From a virus (taxonomy: Duplodnaviria; Caudoviricetes), in the IMG/VR virus record IMGVR_UViG_3300012942_000049, positions 1-62,079 of that record: 62,079 nucleotides of DNA; one strand, 5' to 3'. Each line of letters opens with the position of its first letter. Within the stretch, counting starts at the first letter, position 1. The position numbers and the translations under genes were made by a program. Under the pieces are notes generated by a model. It was not told where the DNA came from. It searched no databases and saw only the letters and a program-made list of their open reading frames with translations. Below, piece after piece: positions 19,394 through 27,822 of this stretch.

Positions 19394-19705
19394 ATGACTA
19401 AAGATGACATTTGGGCTGCTGGGTTGCTCAGCATGACCGGGTCATTCACGGTAATAAAGGCCGCGGGCAACAATAAGAATGTTCGTCTGGTGGTACGAAG
19501 CGCTGTCCACACCCAGGCAATTGAGCGACTCGCCGATATCGCCGGTGTTAATACAGTTTACAGTTCTGCCAATGGCACCAGATTCGCTCAGATCGCCCTC
19601 TCGGGTGAGCCGCTTCACCACTTCATGGAGCAGGTGTGGGATGAGCTCAACCCCCAACGCAAGCGGGAATATATTAAGTCCCGCAGGAAAGCAGGCCTGT
19701 CATGA
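19394..19705 (+). CDS. Hypothetical protein, predicted leaderless
   Basis: TTGACA-17-TAAGGT-6nt-ATG. Confidence 0.65.
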   Translation: MTKDDIWAAGLLSMTGSFTVIKAAGNNKNVRLVVRSAVHTQAIERLADIAGVNTVYSSANGTRFAQIALSGEPLHHFMEQVWDELNPQRKREYIKSRRKAGLS

Positions 19706-20106
19706 AGCTCCAGTTTCGCGTGCTTGTTACCGGGTCTCGCACTTGGCCCGATGAAGAGCTTATCCGCCGCACGATCAGCGCATTCTATGGCATGCTGCAA
19801 AAGGTGCTGGACGATGATATCGAACCTGTTCTAGTTCATGGTACTGCCCAAGGTGCCGACCAAATGGCCGCGGCAGCATGGATTGCCGAGGGTGGCTCAG
19901 TTGAAGCCCACCCTGCAGAGTGGGAAACCTATGGCAAGCAAGCCGGCTATGTACGAAATGCCGAAATGGTTGCTGCCGGCACTAATAAACAGCCACAAAT
20001 CTGTTTCGCTTTTATCCACAATGGCTCCCGGGGCGCCACAATGTGTGCCAACCTTGCCGAAAAGGCTGGTATTAGGACCTACCGCATCACGGCAGGAAGC
20101 CAGTAA
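19702..20106 (+). CDS. SLOG superfamily (YspA/DUF2493-like) protein
   Basis: VLVTGSR, VHGTAQGAD, AGYVRN, SRGA. Confidence 0.85.
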   Translation: MKLQFRVLVTGSRTWPDEELIRRTISAFYGMLQKVLDDDIEPVLVHGTAQGADQMAAAAWIAEGGSVEAHPAEWETYGKQAGYVRNAEMVAAGTNKQPQICFAFIHNGSRGATMCANLAEKAGIRTYRITAGSQ

Positions 20107-20116
20107 GGAGCCCACC

Positions 20117-20350
20117 ATGGCTAAGCACGACACCCTATATGTTATCACCGCCACAAAGACCATTCACACCTTTACCAATGGTCACCTCAAGGCCAACCAT
20201 GCCAGTGAGGAAGTTGTAGTCTTTAACAATGCCGAACTCACCCAGATTATTGCCAACCTACTCACCAACAATGGCTATCATCCCGTCGATGTGGCTATCC
20301 AAACCGCCAAGGGGTCACTGCCCTGGGCCCGACCAGTCACAAAAGTCTGA
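20117..20350 (+). CDS. Hypothetical protein
   Basis: AAGGAG RBS before ATG 20117. Confidence 0.6.
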   Translation: MAKHDTLYVITATKTIHTFTNGHLKANHASEEVVVFNNAELTQIIANLLTNNGYHPVDVAIQTAKGSLPWARPVTKV

Positions 20351-20515
20351 CGAGGCTATCGCCCATCTCTCTCGCGCGGGCCTGCGCGTTAGTCTTTGAG
20401 AGGGGAATTCTATTCTATATATAGTTAGAAGAATTCACCCTCATAGAGTAAGAGAAGATTGACAGTTTACGTATAGATTTATAGAATCTTTATAGATTAC
20501 TTTATAGAAAGGGCT

Positions 20516-21040
20516 ATGATGGATAGCAAAAAGGCCTATGAGATTCTACAAACCTATCGGGCTGAATCTCCATGCATATGGGGACTACTTCGAGGTAACC
20601 AAACAACAGCTGCAATTGCCAAACTTACTCTGATTACTCCTAGCAGAGTGGCTGAAGAACTTGATAAAGATGATTCAGTAATTAGTACCGGGGATAATAC
20701 TTGGGGCTTTGATTCAGACCATGAAGATTATGAGTTTCTTATCGAACTCAAACGGTTTTCTAAACAACTGTACTTCAAATTTGTACAATGGGAAGCACAG
20801 AATCCTGCTAATGGAATCGTAAAGTATACACCTAAGCAGGAGATGGTTCTTGGGCTATTGGCCGAACTTGGTCAACCTTTTACTACACTTGAAGCAGCAC
20901 AAGTTCAAGGCTTTAGTAAGTCAGGTTATACTAAACCTCAGCTAATGGCCTTGGTTAGAAAAGGGGCTCTCAAAATGATTCCAAACACTCGACCCCAGCT
21001 CTGGCAATTGGTTCCGCGTAAGTATGGGGAGAAAGACTAG
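20516..21040 (+). CDS. Putative tandem winged-helix DNA-binding protein
   Basis: Two HTH-like segments; own promoter TTGACA(20459)-17-TAGAAT. Confidence 0.55.
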   Translation: MMDSKKAYEILQTYRAESPCIWGLLRGNQTTAAIAKLTLITPSRVAEELDKDDSVISTGDNTWGFDSDHEDYEFLIELKRFSKQLYFKFVQWEAQNPANGIVKYTPKQEMVLGLLAELGQPFTTLEAAQVQGFSKSGYTKPQLMALVRKGALKMIPNTRPQLWQLVPRKYGEKD

Positions 21041-21200
21041 GGCTGAAGGTAGGACTATGGCCTGCGGCTGGGAGGAGGGCTAAGGCCATAACTACCAATA
21101 CACATATTCGTCCGGGGTTAGCGCATTTCGCTCGCTCCCGCTTCGCGGGCTCGCAAAACACACTCCCAACAAATGAGGCAATGATAGAGATGGGGAAGTA

Positions 21201-21440
21201 ATGGCTGAGACTGAAAGTAAGGCTGAGATAGAACTCGAAGAGCTCGAAGAGCTCGGAGAACCGGGATCTGAAAGGGGGGCGAGAGTGATTAACTGGGACG
21301 GGTTCTTTGATGCTTGCAATGAGTTGGATCAGCAGCTATTGGCTAGAGCTGAGAAGGCTCAGCAGGAGATTATCGAGGTTGATAGGCTTAGGACACGATT
21401 GGCTGAGATTAGAGTGAATGCCAGAAAGCATAGATTTTAG
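21201..21440 (+). CDS. Hypothetical coiled-coil protein
   Basis: ORF with RBS-like GGGGA. Confidence 0.5.
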   Translation: MAETESKAEIELEELEELGEPGSERGARVINWDGFFDACNELDQQLLARAEKAQQEIIEVDRLRTRLAEIRVNARKHRF

Positions 21441-21790
21441 GAGTCAAGCTAGAAAGCTTGGATGGAATAGAGTGAAGAGCCGGAGAAATCGGCTTGGAGA
21501 GGGGGATCCAGAAGTCCGGGAACAATGACTCGTGGGACCGGGAATCATTTCTTTAGGACTCTATACTACGTTCGGGGTTTGAGTTTAAACCAAGTCTCCG
21601 TAGACACTTTGCGATTATCTGATGTCGCCGCAAATCATCGTGTTTGGAACAATCTCGTCCGTGTCTCAATTATTTCTAACGTGCCGAGCTCCGACGGGCT
21701 CATAATTAAGAGTGTCTCAAACTTTTAGAAATTAAACCCTGACAGTTTCCTGCGAGTTTCCTCCAAAAGTTATTAACATTTTAATAACCC

Positions 21791-21828
21791 TGTTGATAAC
21801 TTATGCACATGTTGATAACTTATGCACA
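21791..21828. repeat. Tandem 19-bp repeat TGTTGATAACTTATGCACA x2 made of DnaA-box-like 9-mers
   Basis: Exact duplication; TTATGCACA fits TTATNCACA. Confidence 0.7.
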
Positions 21829-22001
21829 GGGCTCAAAAGCTCTCAGGAAGCGTCTCAGGGCGTCGACCCTCGCTCGGCATGCTGGCATACGCTATGGCTC
21901 CGTTACGGCGTCAGCAAGCGCTTTCCGGACACGATTGATCACAAGTTAAAACACAGTTATAGGGCATATACAGAAGCATATACCCTAAACTGTTACCAGC
22001 A

Positions 22002-22250
22002 TTAGAGACCAATTCCTCCTCGAGATGTTTTGAGAACTGGGTAAACCGCATTGTATGCAGAAACCATTTGCTCAATGAGTTTCTTTGCTTCTGCTATTTC
22101 CAATTCGAATTCCACAGTTTCCCCATTGGTCATTTCGATTTGGAATGCGATGTGTGGAATTGACCCTCGCGCCTCACTAAAAAGAGCACGAGAAGCAATT
22201 GCGCGATTGACGATATGACGAGTGTCATATCTCTTTCTCCATTTGCTCAT
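22002..22250 (-). CDS. Hypothetical protein
   Basis: ATG overlaps upstream stop. Confidence 0.6.
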   Translation of the reverse strand: MSKWRKRYDTRHIVNRAIASRALFSEARGSIPHIAFQIEMTNGETVEFELEIAEAKKLIEQMVSAYNAVYPVLKTSRGGIGL

Positions 22251-22513
22251 TTGTAGTCGCTTTCCATATTCACGAGAATCCATCGAATAAGATCCCATTT
22301 GTTCGCCACTACTTCACCTTCTTTCTTGAAAGTTTCAACTCCAAGATGAATCTCAAGAAAAGCATGGAGAATCAATTCCCCTTTGTTTTCGAGTTCTTCA
22401 TCAGAAACTTCGTTATTGAAGAATGAATCATCAGAGAATTCACTCATTGCCATATCGTCCAATTGCTCAATGAGCGAATCACTGAGTTTCAATAGCGCAT
22501 GTTGATTGATCAT
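22247..22513 (-). CDS. Acidic hypothetical protein, predicted leaderless
   Basis: TTGACT...TAGAAT-6nt-ATG on minus strand. Confidence 0.65.
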   Translation of the reverse strand: MINQHALLKLSDSLIEQLDDMAMSEFSDDSFFNNEVSDEELENKGELILHAFLEIHLGVETFKKEGEVVANKWDLIRWILVNMESDYK

Positions 22514-22756
22514 GATGCAATTCTATCACTACTGCGTGATAAGTCAAGGCAATTTGATTGACTTCATGATCAATATATGCTCGCGCAAATACCACGTTTT
22601 GAGGGCAGTGTCAAGGTATGTTGCGAGGGCGAACATAACGATGTCGTTATAAAAAACTTGCGTCATTGCCTTGCGCGATGCCTCATGCATGATAGTATTT
22701 ATATATCGATCAACTGATCGACAATCAAAAACCGATTCACACAAGGAGTGATTCAA

Positions 22757-23020
22757 ATGGCAACCATCACCGTCTCGGAGCTCGCAACCGAACTGGGCAC
22801 CGACCCCCGCACGACTCGCAAGTTCCTTCGCTCGATCACCGATGCCGATGAGCAGCCCGGCAAGGGGGGTCGCTGGAGCATCGAGAAGAAGTCGGTGCGA
22901 TCGATCAAGTCGAAGTTCGCGCACTACACCGAAGAGCTCGAGGCGAAGCGCGCCGCCAACGACGACGCCCCCGACGCTGAAGAGGTCGACGAGGTCGAGG
23001 TGCCCGACACCGACGCCTGA
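22757..23020 (+). CDS. Small HTH DNA-binding protein with acidic tail
   Basis: AAGGAG RBS; LATELGTDPRTTRKFLRS...GGRWSI; terminator hairpin ~23032-23059. Confidence 0.75.
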   Translation: MATITVSELATELGTDPRTTRKFLRSITDADEQPGKGGRWSIEKKSVRSIKSKFAHYTEELEAKRAANDDAPDAEEVDEVEVPDTDA

Positions 23021-23267
23021 TCTACCACACTCTGCTCCGAATCGCAAGGTTCGGGGCAGGGTTGTGTGTTAAAAGTTAATCAATTTGGCACTGGCACCCT
23101 CAAACCCACTATAGCGTGAGAAGCCCTGAGAGCGTTCCTGGCGCGAGTTGGGGGCGGGGCGCAATGCTAGCATACGCCGTGACACTCCCCAGGGCGCCAA
23201 ACACACCCCCTCAAACTGGGGGGTGAGTTGCCTTAGAGAACGGGGTCGACAGTGGTATGATTGAATC

Positions 23268-23429
23268 ATGAACAACAACGACAAGGCGACCATCGCGAAG
23301 GAAATCAACCTCCGCATTCGCGCTCGCTATGAGGGATTGAAGTTCACGCCGATTGAGCAACCCGCCAACCGCGCCAAGAATGCATCGCGAGGCAAGCCCG
23401 CTCCGCGCAAGAACCGCACCATTCTCTGA
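23268..23429 (+). CDS. Small basic protein (53 aa), predicted leaderless
   Basis: TGGTATGAT-6nt-ATG; MNNNDKATIAKEINLRIRARY...; not in ORF track. Confidence 0.6.
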   Translation: MNNNDKATIAKEINLRIRARYEGLKFTPIEQPANRAKNASRGKPAPRKNRTIL

Positions 23430-23438
23430 GGGGATATC

Positions 23439-23759
23439 ATGAACCGCTTGCAGGAAAACCTGACTGCCGTCGCTGGAGGGGCATGCATGCTTCTCGCCAT
23501 CGCCGGAACCGCAATTGCTCCCCATGTGACTGTGATCGACATGCAAGATCATGCATTGCAAGTTGGTTGGGGTCATCTCACCGCTTCCCTGGTGATCGAC
23601 GGAAGCAACTCTTTCATCGCCGATTGCACGCTCGATGAACTGATCAGCGCTCCCGAAACATGCCACACCACGCTTCGCCCTACCACACTTGAGGGATTGA
23701 AGCAAGGACCGATCATCACGCACTCCGTGCCCCTGTTTTGGGGGAACGGGGTTGCATGA
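23439..23759 (+). CDS. Hypothetical secreted/membrane protein
   Basis: GAGGGG RBS; N-terminal hydrophobic stretch. Confidence 0.55.
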   Translation: MNRLQENLTAVAGGACMLLAIAGTAIAPHVTVIDMQDHALQVGWGHLTASLVIDGSNSFIADCTLDELISAPETCHTTLRPTTLEGLKQGPIITHSVPLFWGNGVA

Positions 23760-23818
23760 TCGCGACTCACGCGGTAGAATTGAAGCATCACCAACTACAA
23801 CACTAAGGAGTTGAAATA

Positions 23819-24001
23819 ATGGCCATCACTATCCACGACCTCCACCTCATGCACGGGCTGCGCGAGATTCAGGAAGTCAGCAAGGCAATCCTCGGGGAGA
23901 GCAAGGAGAACGATGAAGTGATCCGACTGCTCGCCAAGGTTGAGAATCTGCTGGTCTCATCGCCCGAGGCGATCGAAGAGTACGAGGCGATGACAGCATG
24001 A
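23819..24001 (+). CDS. Hypothetical protein
   Basis: AAGGAG RBS; upstream promoter with TAGAAT. Confidence 0.65.
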   Translation: MAITIHDLHLMHGLREIQEVSKAILGESKENDEVIRLLAKVENLLVSSPEAIEEYEAMTA

Positions 24002-24084
24002 TCGCCATAGTGGGCCTGATCTTTTGCGCACTGGTCGGGTCATGGATCGCCTGGTATATCGCCAGCTGGTTTATCAAGGAGTGA
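23998..24084 (+). CDS. 28-aa single-TM peptide
   Basis: MIAIVGLIFCALVGSWIAWYIASWFIKE; ATGA overlap; followed by terminator 24087-24111. Confidence 0.55.
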   Translation: MIAIVGLIFCALVGSWIAWYIASWFIKE

Positions 24085-24240
24085 CCAAGGGCCCCAGAAA
24101 TGGGGCTTTTTGGCGTCTTAGCGAGCGTCTCGCGCAATCGAAGGTGTGGAGGTATGCTAGCATAGGCAGTGACGCTTACACCCTTAAAGACGCTACAAAG
24201 CGCCTTTAGACTTGCTTCGGCTACGTGGTAAAATGGAAGC

Positions 24241-24477
24241 ATGAACGAAAAACTGATCATCATGACCTGCCCCTACTGCCACTGGAGCGCTTCTCATGTT
24301 GAGAGCGACTCCGAACGAAAGAACCGCTTGATCGGAAAGCTCATCGCTCATCTCGAGCTCGAGAAGGATGAAGTCGAGCACCAGTACGTATGCCTTCAGT
24401 GCGACAACGGGACGATGAATGAGACCCAGGCTCGCAACCACATGAGGGTTGAGGGCCACGAAGTTGAAGAAGTTTAG
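24241..24477 (+). CDS. Double C2H2-like zinc-finger protein, predicted leaderless
   Basis: CPYC..H and CLQC...H...H; TAAAAT-6nt-ATG. Confidence 0.65.
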   Translation: MNEKLIIMTCPYCHWSASHVESDSERKNRLIGKLIAHLELEKDEVEHQYVCLQCDNGTMNETQARNHMRVEGHEVEEV

Positions 24478-24489
24478 GGGGTGAGACTG

Positions 24490-24606
24490 ATGACTGACAC
24501 TGAGACTCGAACTGAAGAAGAGGAACGCGAACGCGAACGGCTTGCTTATGCCGCCGCCTATCGCCAGATGGAGCTCGATGATATGGGGGTATACGAAGAG
24601 CCTTGA
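24490..24606 (+). CDS. Small acidic protein (38 aa)
   Basis: GGGGGTG RBS; followed by terminator CCCCGAC-TTCA-GTCGGGG. Confidence 0.5.
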   Translation: MTDTETRTEEEERERERLAYAAAYRQMELDDMGVYEEP

Positions 24607-24694
24607 CCTAGGACCCCGACTTCAGTCGGGGCTCTTTGGCGTGTGTAAAAGCTCGAGCCTTGACATTGATTTGACAAGGTGGTAGGGTCGAGGC

Positions 24695-25015
24695 ATGACT
24701 ACATACAAAGAAACCTACCACGAATCACTTGCGAGAAGCAAGGCGAAACAAGCCGACAAGTTCGAGAAGACCATGATCAAGAAGATCGCTCGGGCTATGG
24801 CAAAGACGCCGCTCTCGAGTGATGTCATCATCATCAGAGTGGGCCTGCAGGCAGAACTCAGTTGGCTCCTCGGTCATGATTGGGAATTGATCACCTCGAC
24901 TATGCCTCAAGTCTCAGGCACTGCCGGACTTCCCCGGTATATCTTGAAGCGCAACAGAGCATGGGTGAAGTACCAAATAGACCTTGACGCATGGCAGCGC
25001 TCTCAGGTAAAATAG
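24695..25015 (+). CDS. Hypothetical protein, predicted leaderless
   Basis: TTGACA(24660)-17-TAGGGT-6nt-ATG. Confidence 0.65.
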   Translation: MTTYKETYHESLARSKAKQADKFEKTMIKKIARAMAKTPLSSDVIIIRVGLQAELSWLLGHDWELITSTMPQVSGTAGLPRYILKRNRAWVKYQIDLDAWQRSQVK

Positions 25016-25019
25016 AAGC

Positions 25020-25145
25020 ATGACACCTTCACCTGATGAGATCCACACCCTCGGGCAAGCATTTGCCTTCCTGGGATTCGGAGTTGCTGTTTGGGCCCTT
25101 GTCATCGGGCTCTGGATTCGAGACCGCCGAAGGTCGAGGCGATAG
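25020..25145 (+). CDS. 41-aa membrane peptide, predicted leaderless
   Basis: TTGACG...TAAAAT-6nt-ATG; TM helix then RDRRRSRR; terminator 25152-25178. Confidence 0.6.
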   Translation: MTPSPDEIHTLGQAFAFLGFGVAVWALVIGLWIRDRRRSRR

Positions 25146-25184
25146 TCTCTAAGGGCCCTCCTTAATCGGGGGGCTTTTGCCTGT

Positions 25185-25790
25185 GTCATATCAGGGGGAT
25201 CATGGGGAATGTGGGGTTCATATGCCGGGGTGTCATTGCATGATGCTTCATGGTCAGATCATTGGCATGATTAGGGAATCATGGGTTGATCATCGAGCAT
25301 CGGCATATGGCAAGGAGCAAGGTGATAGAAGTGGGTAATAGTAGTCATATATGAGGCGGGGTTATATGGCGGGGTCATATATAGGGGGTTCATATCAGGG
25401 GGTATGGGTATGCATGGTGATGGCATTGGATATGGATGCATGATGCTTCCTTCTGCAATTGATCATGCAATCATCATGCGTATGTCATGCGCGGGTATCA
25501 ATGGGGGTATGATGGAGGGCAGCGGGGAATAGGTATAGGTATGAGCATGGCATTATAGGGTAGGGTATGGGGGTATGGCATATGGGAACAAGATAGTGAT
25601 GCCTCTATGCATATGTCTCTTCCCATATCCCTATGCATATCCCCTATGCCTAGTGCTATGCCTCTATCTATCCTCTCTTCTCCTCTTCCTTTCTTCTTTC
25701 TTCTTTGTTTAAATTGATTTAAAAAATAATTTTTCTTTGTTGATCATTCCTTGATTCTCTGATATACACTGAACCCCCCCGTGTCATATC
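25185..25790 (+). repeat. Non-coding strand-skewed block: G-tract/TCATAT repeats, then pyrimidine and AT tracts
   Basis: No ORF; multiple GGGG(G) runs and about six T(C/T)ATAT units. Confidence 0.7.
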
Positions 25791-25934
25791 CGCGATAAAC
25801 CGCACCCGTCAATGTGAGACGGTTATACGTGCTGGGTTTGGGCTCTTTTTGGGATTTCTCTACCACGTACTAATAAGCCCGGACAGGCAGTCAGAATTAG
25901 AGCTTCACTTCAGTGAATCAGAGCTTCACTTGCC

Positions 25935-25964
25935 TTGACACCGCCTCATAGGTTATGCGATGAT
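25935..25964 (+). promoter_or_regulatory. Promoter TTGACA-18-GATGAT upstream of the ncRNA candidate
   Basis: Perfect -35, weaker -10; preceded by AGAGCTTCACTT x2. Confidence 0.55.
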
Positions 25965-25970
25965 TGACCC

Positions 25971-26552
25971 ATCGCCGCTAATGATGACAATTACATAGAG
26001 AACTAGGTCGAATTGCCCCTTGGTAATGAGTTCGTGGGTAAGGGTTCAGTCTAAACTGAAACGAATGGCAACCTACTGCGACTAACCTATACGCTGACCG
26101 AGCAGCTCTCCACACAAACCGTGCCCATCGGGTGGTGCGCGTGAACCCTCAGTGGAGAAAAGGCCTTAAGCTCGGTGCGGCAGTCAGGGGATTTGGCAGA
26201 CGTGCTAAAGTCTTAAAACCGGTTAGTTGGCTTCTTGCCAATCATGATACCTACCCTGATTGCGTGGTCTCAAGCGAAGCCCGCGGCTAGAGGGTAAAAT
26301 TGCTCCAAACCTAAGCTTGAGATATTTCTGGAGACGGGGCTCCTAAACTCTTGCCGGAGCAAGATCAAAGTTTAGGCTAGCAACTCACGAGGAGTCGGTG
26401 AGCTTCAACACCGTCATCAAACGAGGACTAATGGCCCCACCGGGTCTTGAAAAAGAAGAGTTGGGTCAATCAGAGTATTCCTTAGGGTAACGCTAACTGG
26501 TTGATTTTGGACAACTCTGCAGGGCTAGCTACCCACCGGTGGGGTCATTTTG
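25971..26552 (+). ncRNA. Candidate large structured non-coding RNA (~580 nt)
   Basis: No ORF of 60 aa or more; more than 12 nested helices with G-U pairs plus crossing pairings; bounded by two promoters. Confidence 0.7.
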
Positions 26553-26609
26553 TAGCCATAGACACACTTGGCTATTGACACTGAGCCACGGCATTGATAG
26601 CATAGCTAT

Positions 26610-26795
26610 ATGACCACGATCACAGTCACTCACTATGGGCCTAACCAGGTACCTGACCCCGACCACTCAACTTTTATCTCAGTGAGAACCAATTATGGGG
26701 AACACCAGTCAGTGTCACTTCAAACTGATGATGAGGTCAAAGAGCTAATCGCCAAACTTCAGCAAGCCCTAGAAAAAGGAGACCTTAATGGCTGA
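26610..26795 (+). CDS. Hypothetical protein, predicted leaderless
   Basis: TTGACA(26575)-17-TAGCAT-6nt-ATG. Confidence 0.65.
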   Translation: MTTITVTHYGPNQVPDPDHSTFISVRTNYGEHQSVSLQTDDEVKELIAKLQQALEKGDLNG

Positions 26796-27132
26796 GCATA
26801 TCCACCCCGATGACCTGCCCGGGCTCATTCCTAACGCTCCATTGATGGACTTGCCCCAACCTGGTGTGGAGGATAAGCAACCGCCCATCGATACCGGCTC
26901 TGGCATTCCTGAGACACTTGAGGAGATGCAAAAGAAAGCGGATGAGTTTGCTGCTAAAGGTCTGAATGGCAAGTGTTTTATTTGCCACCATGGGGTCTTT
27001 TATGCTCCTGGCTATGACCACGCTGAACTCGAGGGACAGATTTACTCTGAGGCCGGCGTAGATGAGTTCAAGATCAGTCAATCCTGTGAGTTTTGCTTTG
27101 ACAAGCTAGCTGAAACATGGGATGGGGAATGA
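26788..27132 (+). CDS. Zinc-binding hypothetical protein
   Basis: AAGGAG RBS; CFIC...CEFCFD. Confidence 0.65.
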   Translation: MAEHIHPDDLPGLIPNAPLMDLPQPGVEDKQPPIDTGSGIPETLEEMQKKADEFAAKGLNGKCFICHHGVFYAPGYDHAELEGQIYSEAGVDEFKISQSCEFCFDKLAETWDGE

Positions 27133-27173
27133 ACTAGCCTTTGTCCTACTAGAGAAAGTGAGTTTGAGAGTTT

Positions 27174-27341
27174 ATGAACGCTGATGAGCTTAAGCCTATG
27201 GTAACACCTGAATGGACTGCTCAATTGCTCCAGGTGAATGCCAATCTCACAGATCAGTTGCAACGCATTCGTGAGTATGTCAGTGACAACCCTGGCAGCA
27301 TTGACGCTGACACCATTCTTCAGATGATCGATATAGAGTAG
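27174..27341 (+). CDS. Hypothetical protein (55 aa)
   Basis: MNADELKPMVTPEW...; fills gap in operon. Confidence 0.5.
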   Translation: MNADELKPMVTPEWTAQLLQVNANLTDQLQRIREYVSDNPGSIDADTILQMIDIE

Positions 27342-27349
27342 AGAGACTA

Positions 27350-27700
27350 ATGGCAACCCAGTTTTGTGATGTCTGTTATAGAGAGATTAACCTGATTGAC
27401 TCCCCAGGCGGCTCATGGTGGAGTCATGTAATACACCCCCAAGATGATCATGATGCGATTCTGAGAGATTTTTGGGACGCTGAGGTATTCAATGAGAGGG
27501 GTAAGTGGAAATACTCAGTCAAGATCAACATGATGAAGCCAGACCAATGGGTGGATTATCTTTTCCCCATCAACGAGGGTATGGCTTCCACACCTCCTGA
27601 GGTACGAGGGGTTAGTTTCACCCGGGTGCCAGAGAATTGGTCCTTGGTAATGGTAGAGTCACCCTGGGGATACCCCATTAAAGTCGAAGGAACAGCATGA
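27350..27700 (+). CDS. Hypothetical protein
   Basis: CDVC...WWSH; operon context. Confidence 0.6.
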   Translation: MATQFCDVCYREINLIDSPGGSWWSHVIHPQDDHDAILRDFWDAEVFNERGKWKYSVKINMMKPDQWVDYLFPINEGMASTPPEVRGVSFTRVPENWSLVMVESPWGYPIKVEGTA

Positions 27701-27822
27701 TAGCTAAGTGTAACTTATGTGATGACTCAGAGGGTAAAGCTTTCCGCGTACCCTGGGACAGGATAGGTAAAGAGCTTATGGATGCCCATCTGCAGGAAAA
27801 ACATCCGAAGTTGAAACGATGA
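27697..27822 (+). CDS. Small C2H2-like zinc-finger peptide (41 aa)
   Basis: CNLC...HLQEKH; ATGA overlaps on both sides. Confidence 0.55.
   Translation: MIAKCNLCDDSEGKAFRVPWDRIGKELMDAHLQEKHPKLKR

Noticed and set aside
21460-22000. ORFs 21525-21728 and 21793-22005
   Set aside because: No convincing RBS and atypical composition; region is better read as non-coding
25971-26552. tRNA cluster, tmRNA, RNase P or an intron
   Set aside because: No cloverleaf with CCA end, no RNase P or group II domain V signature recognised, and no interrupted gene flanks it; a group I-like fold cannot be excluded without a covariance search
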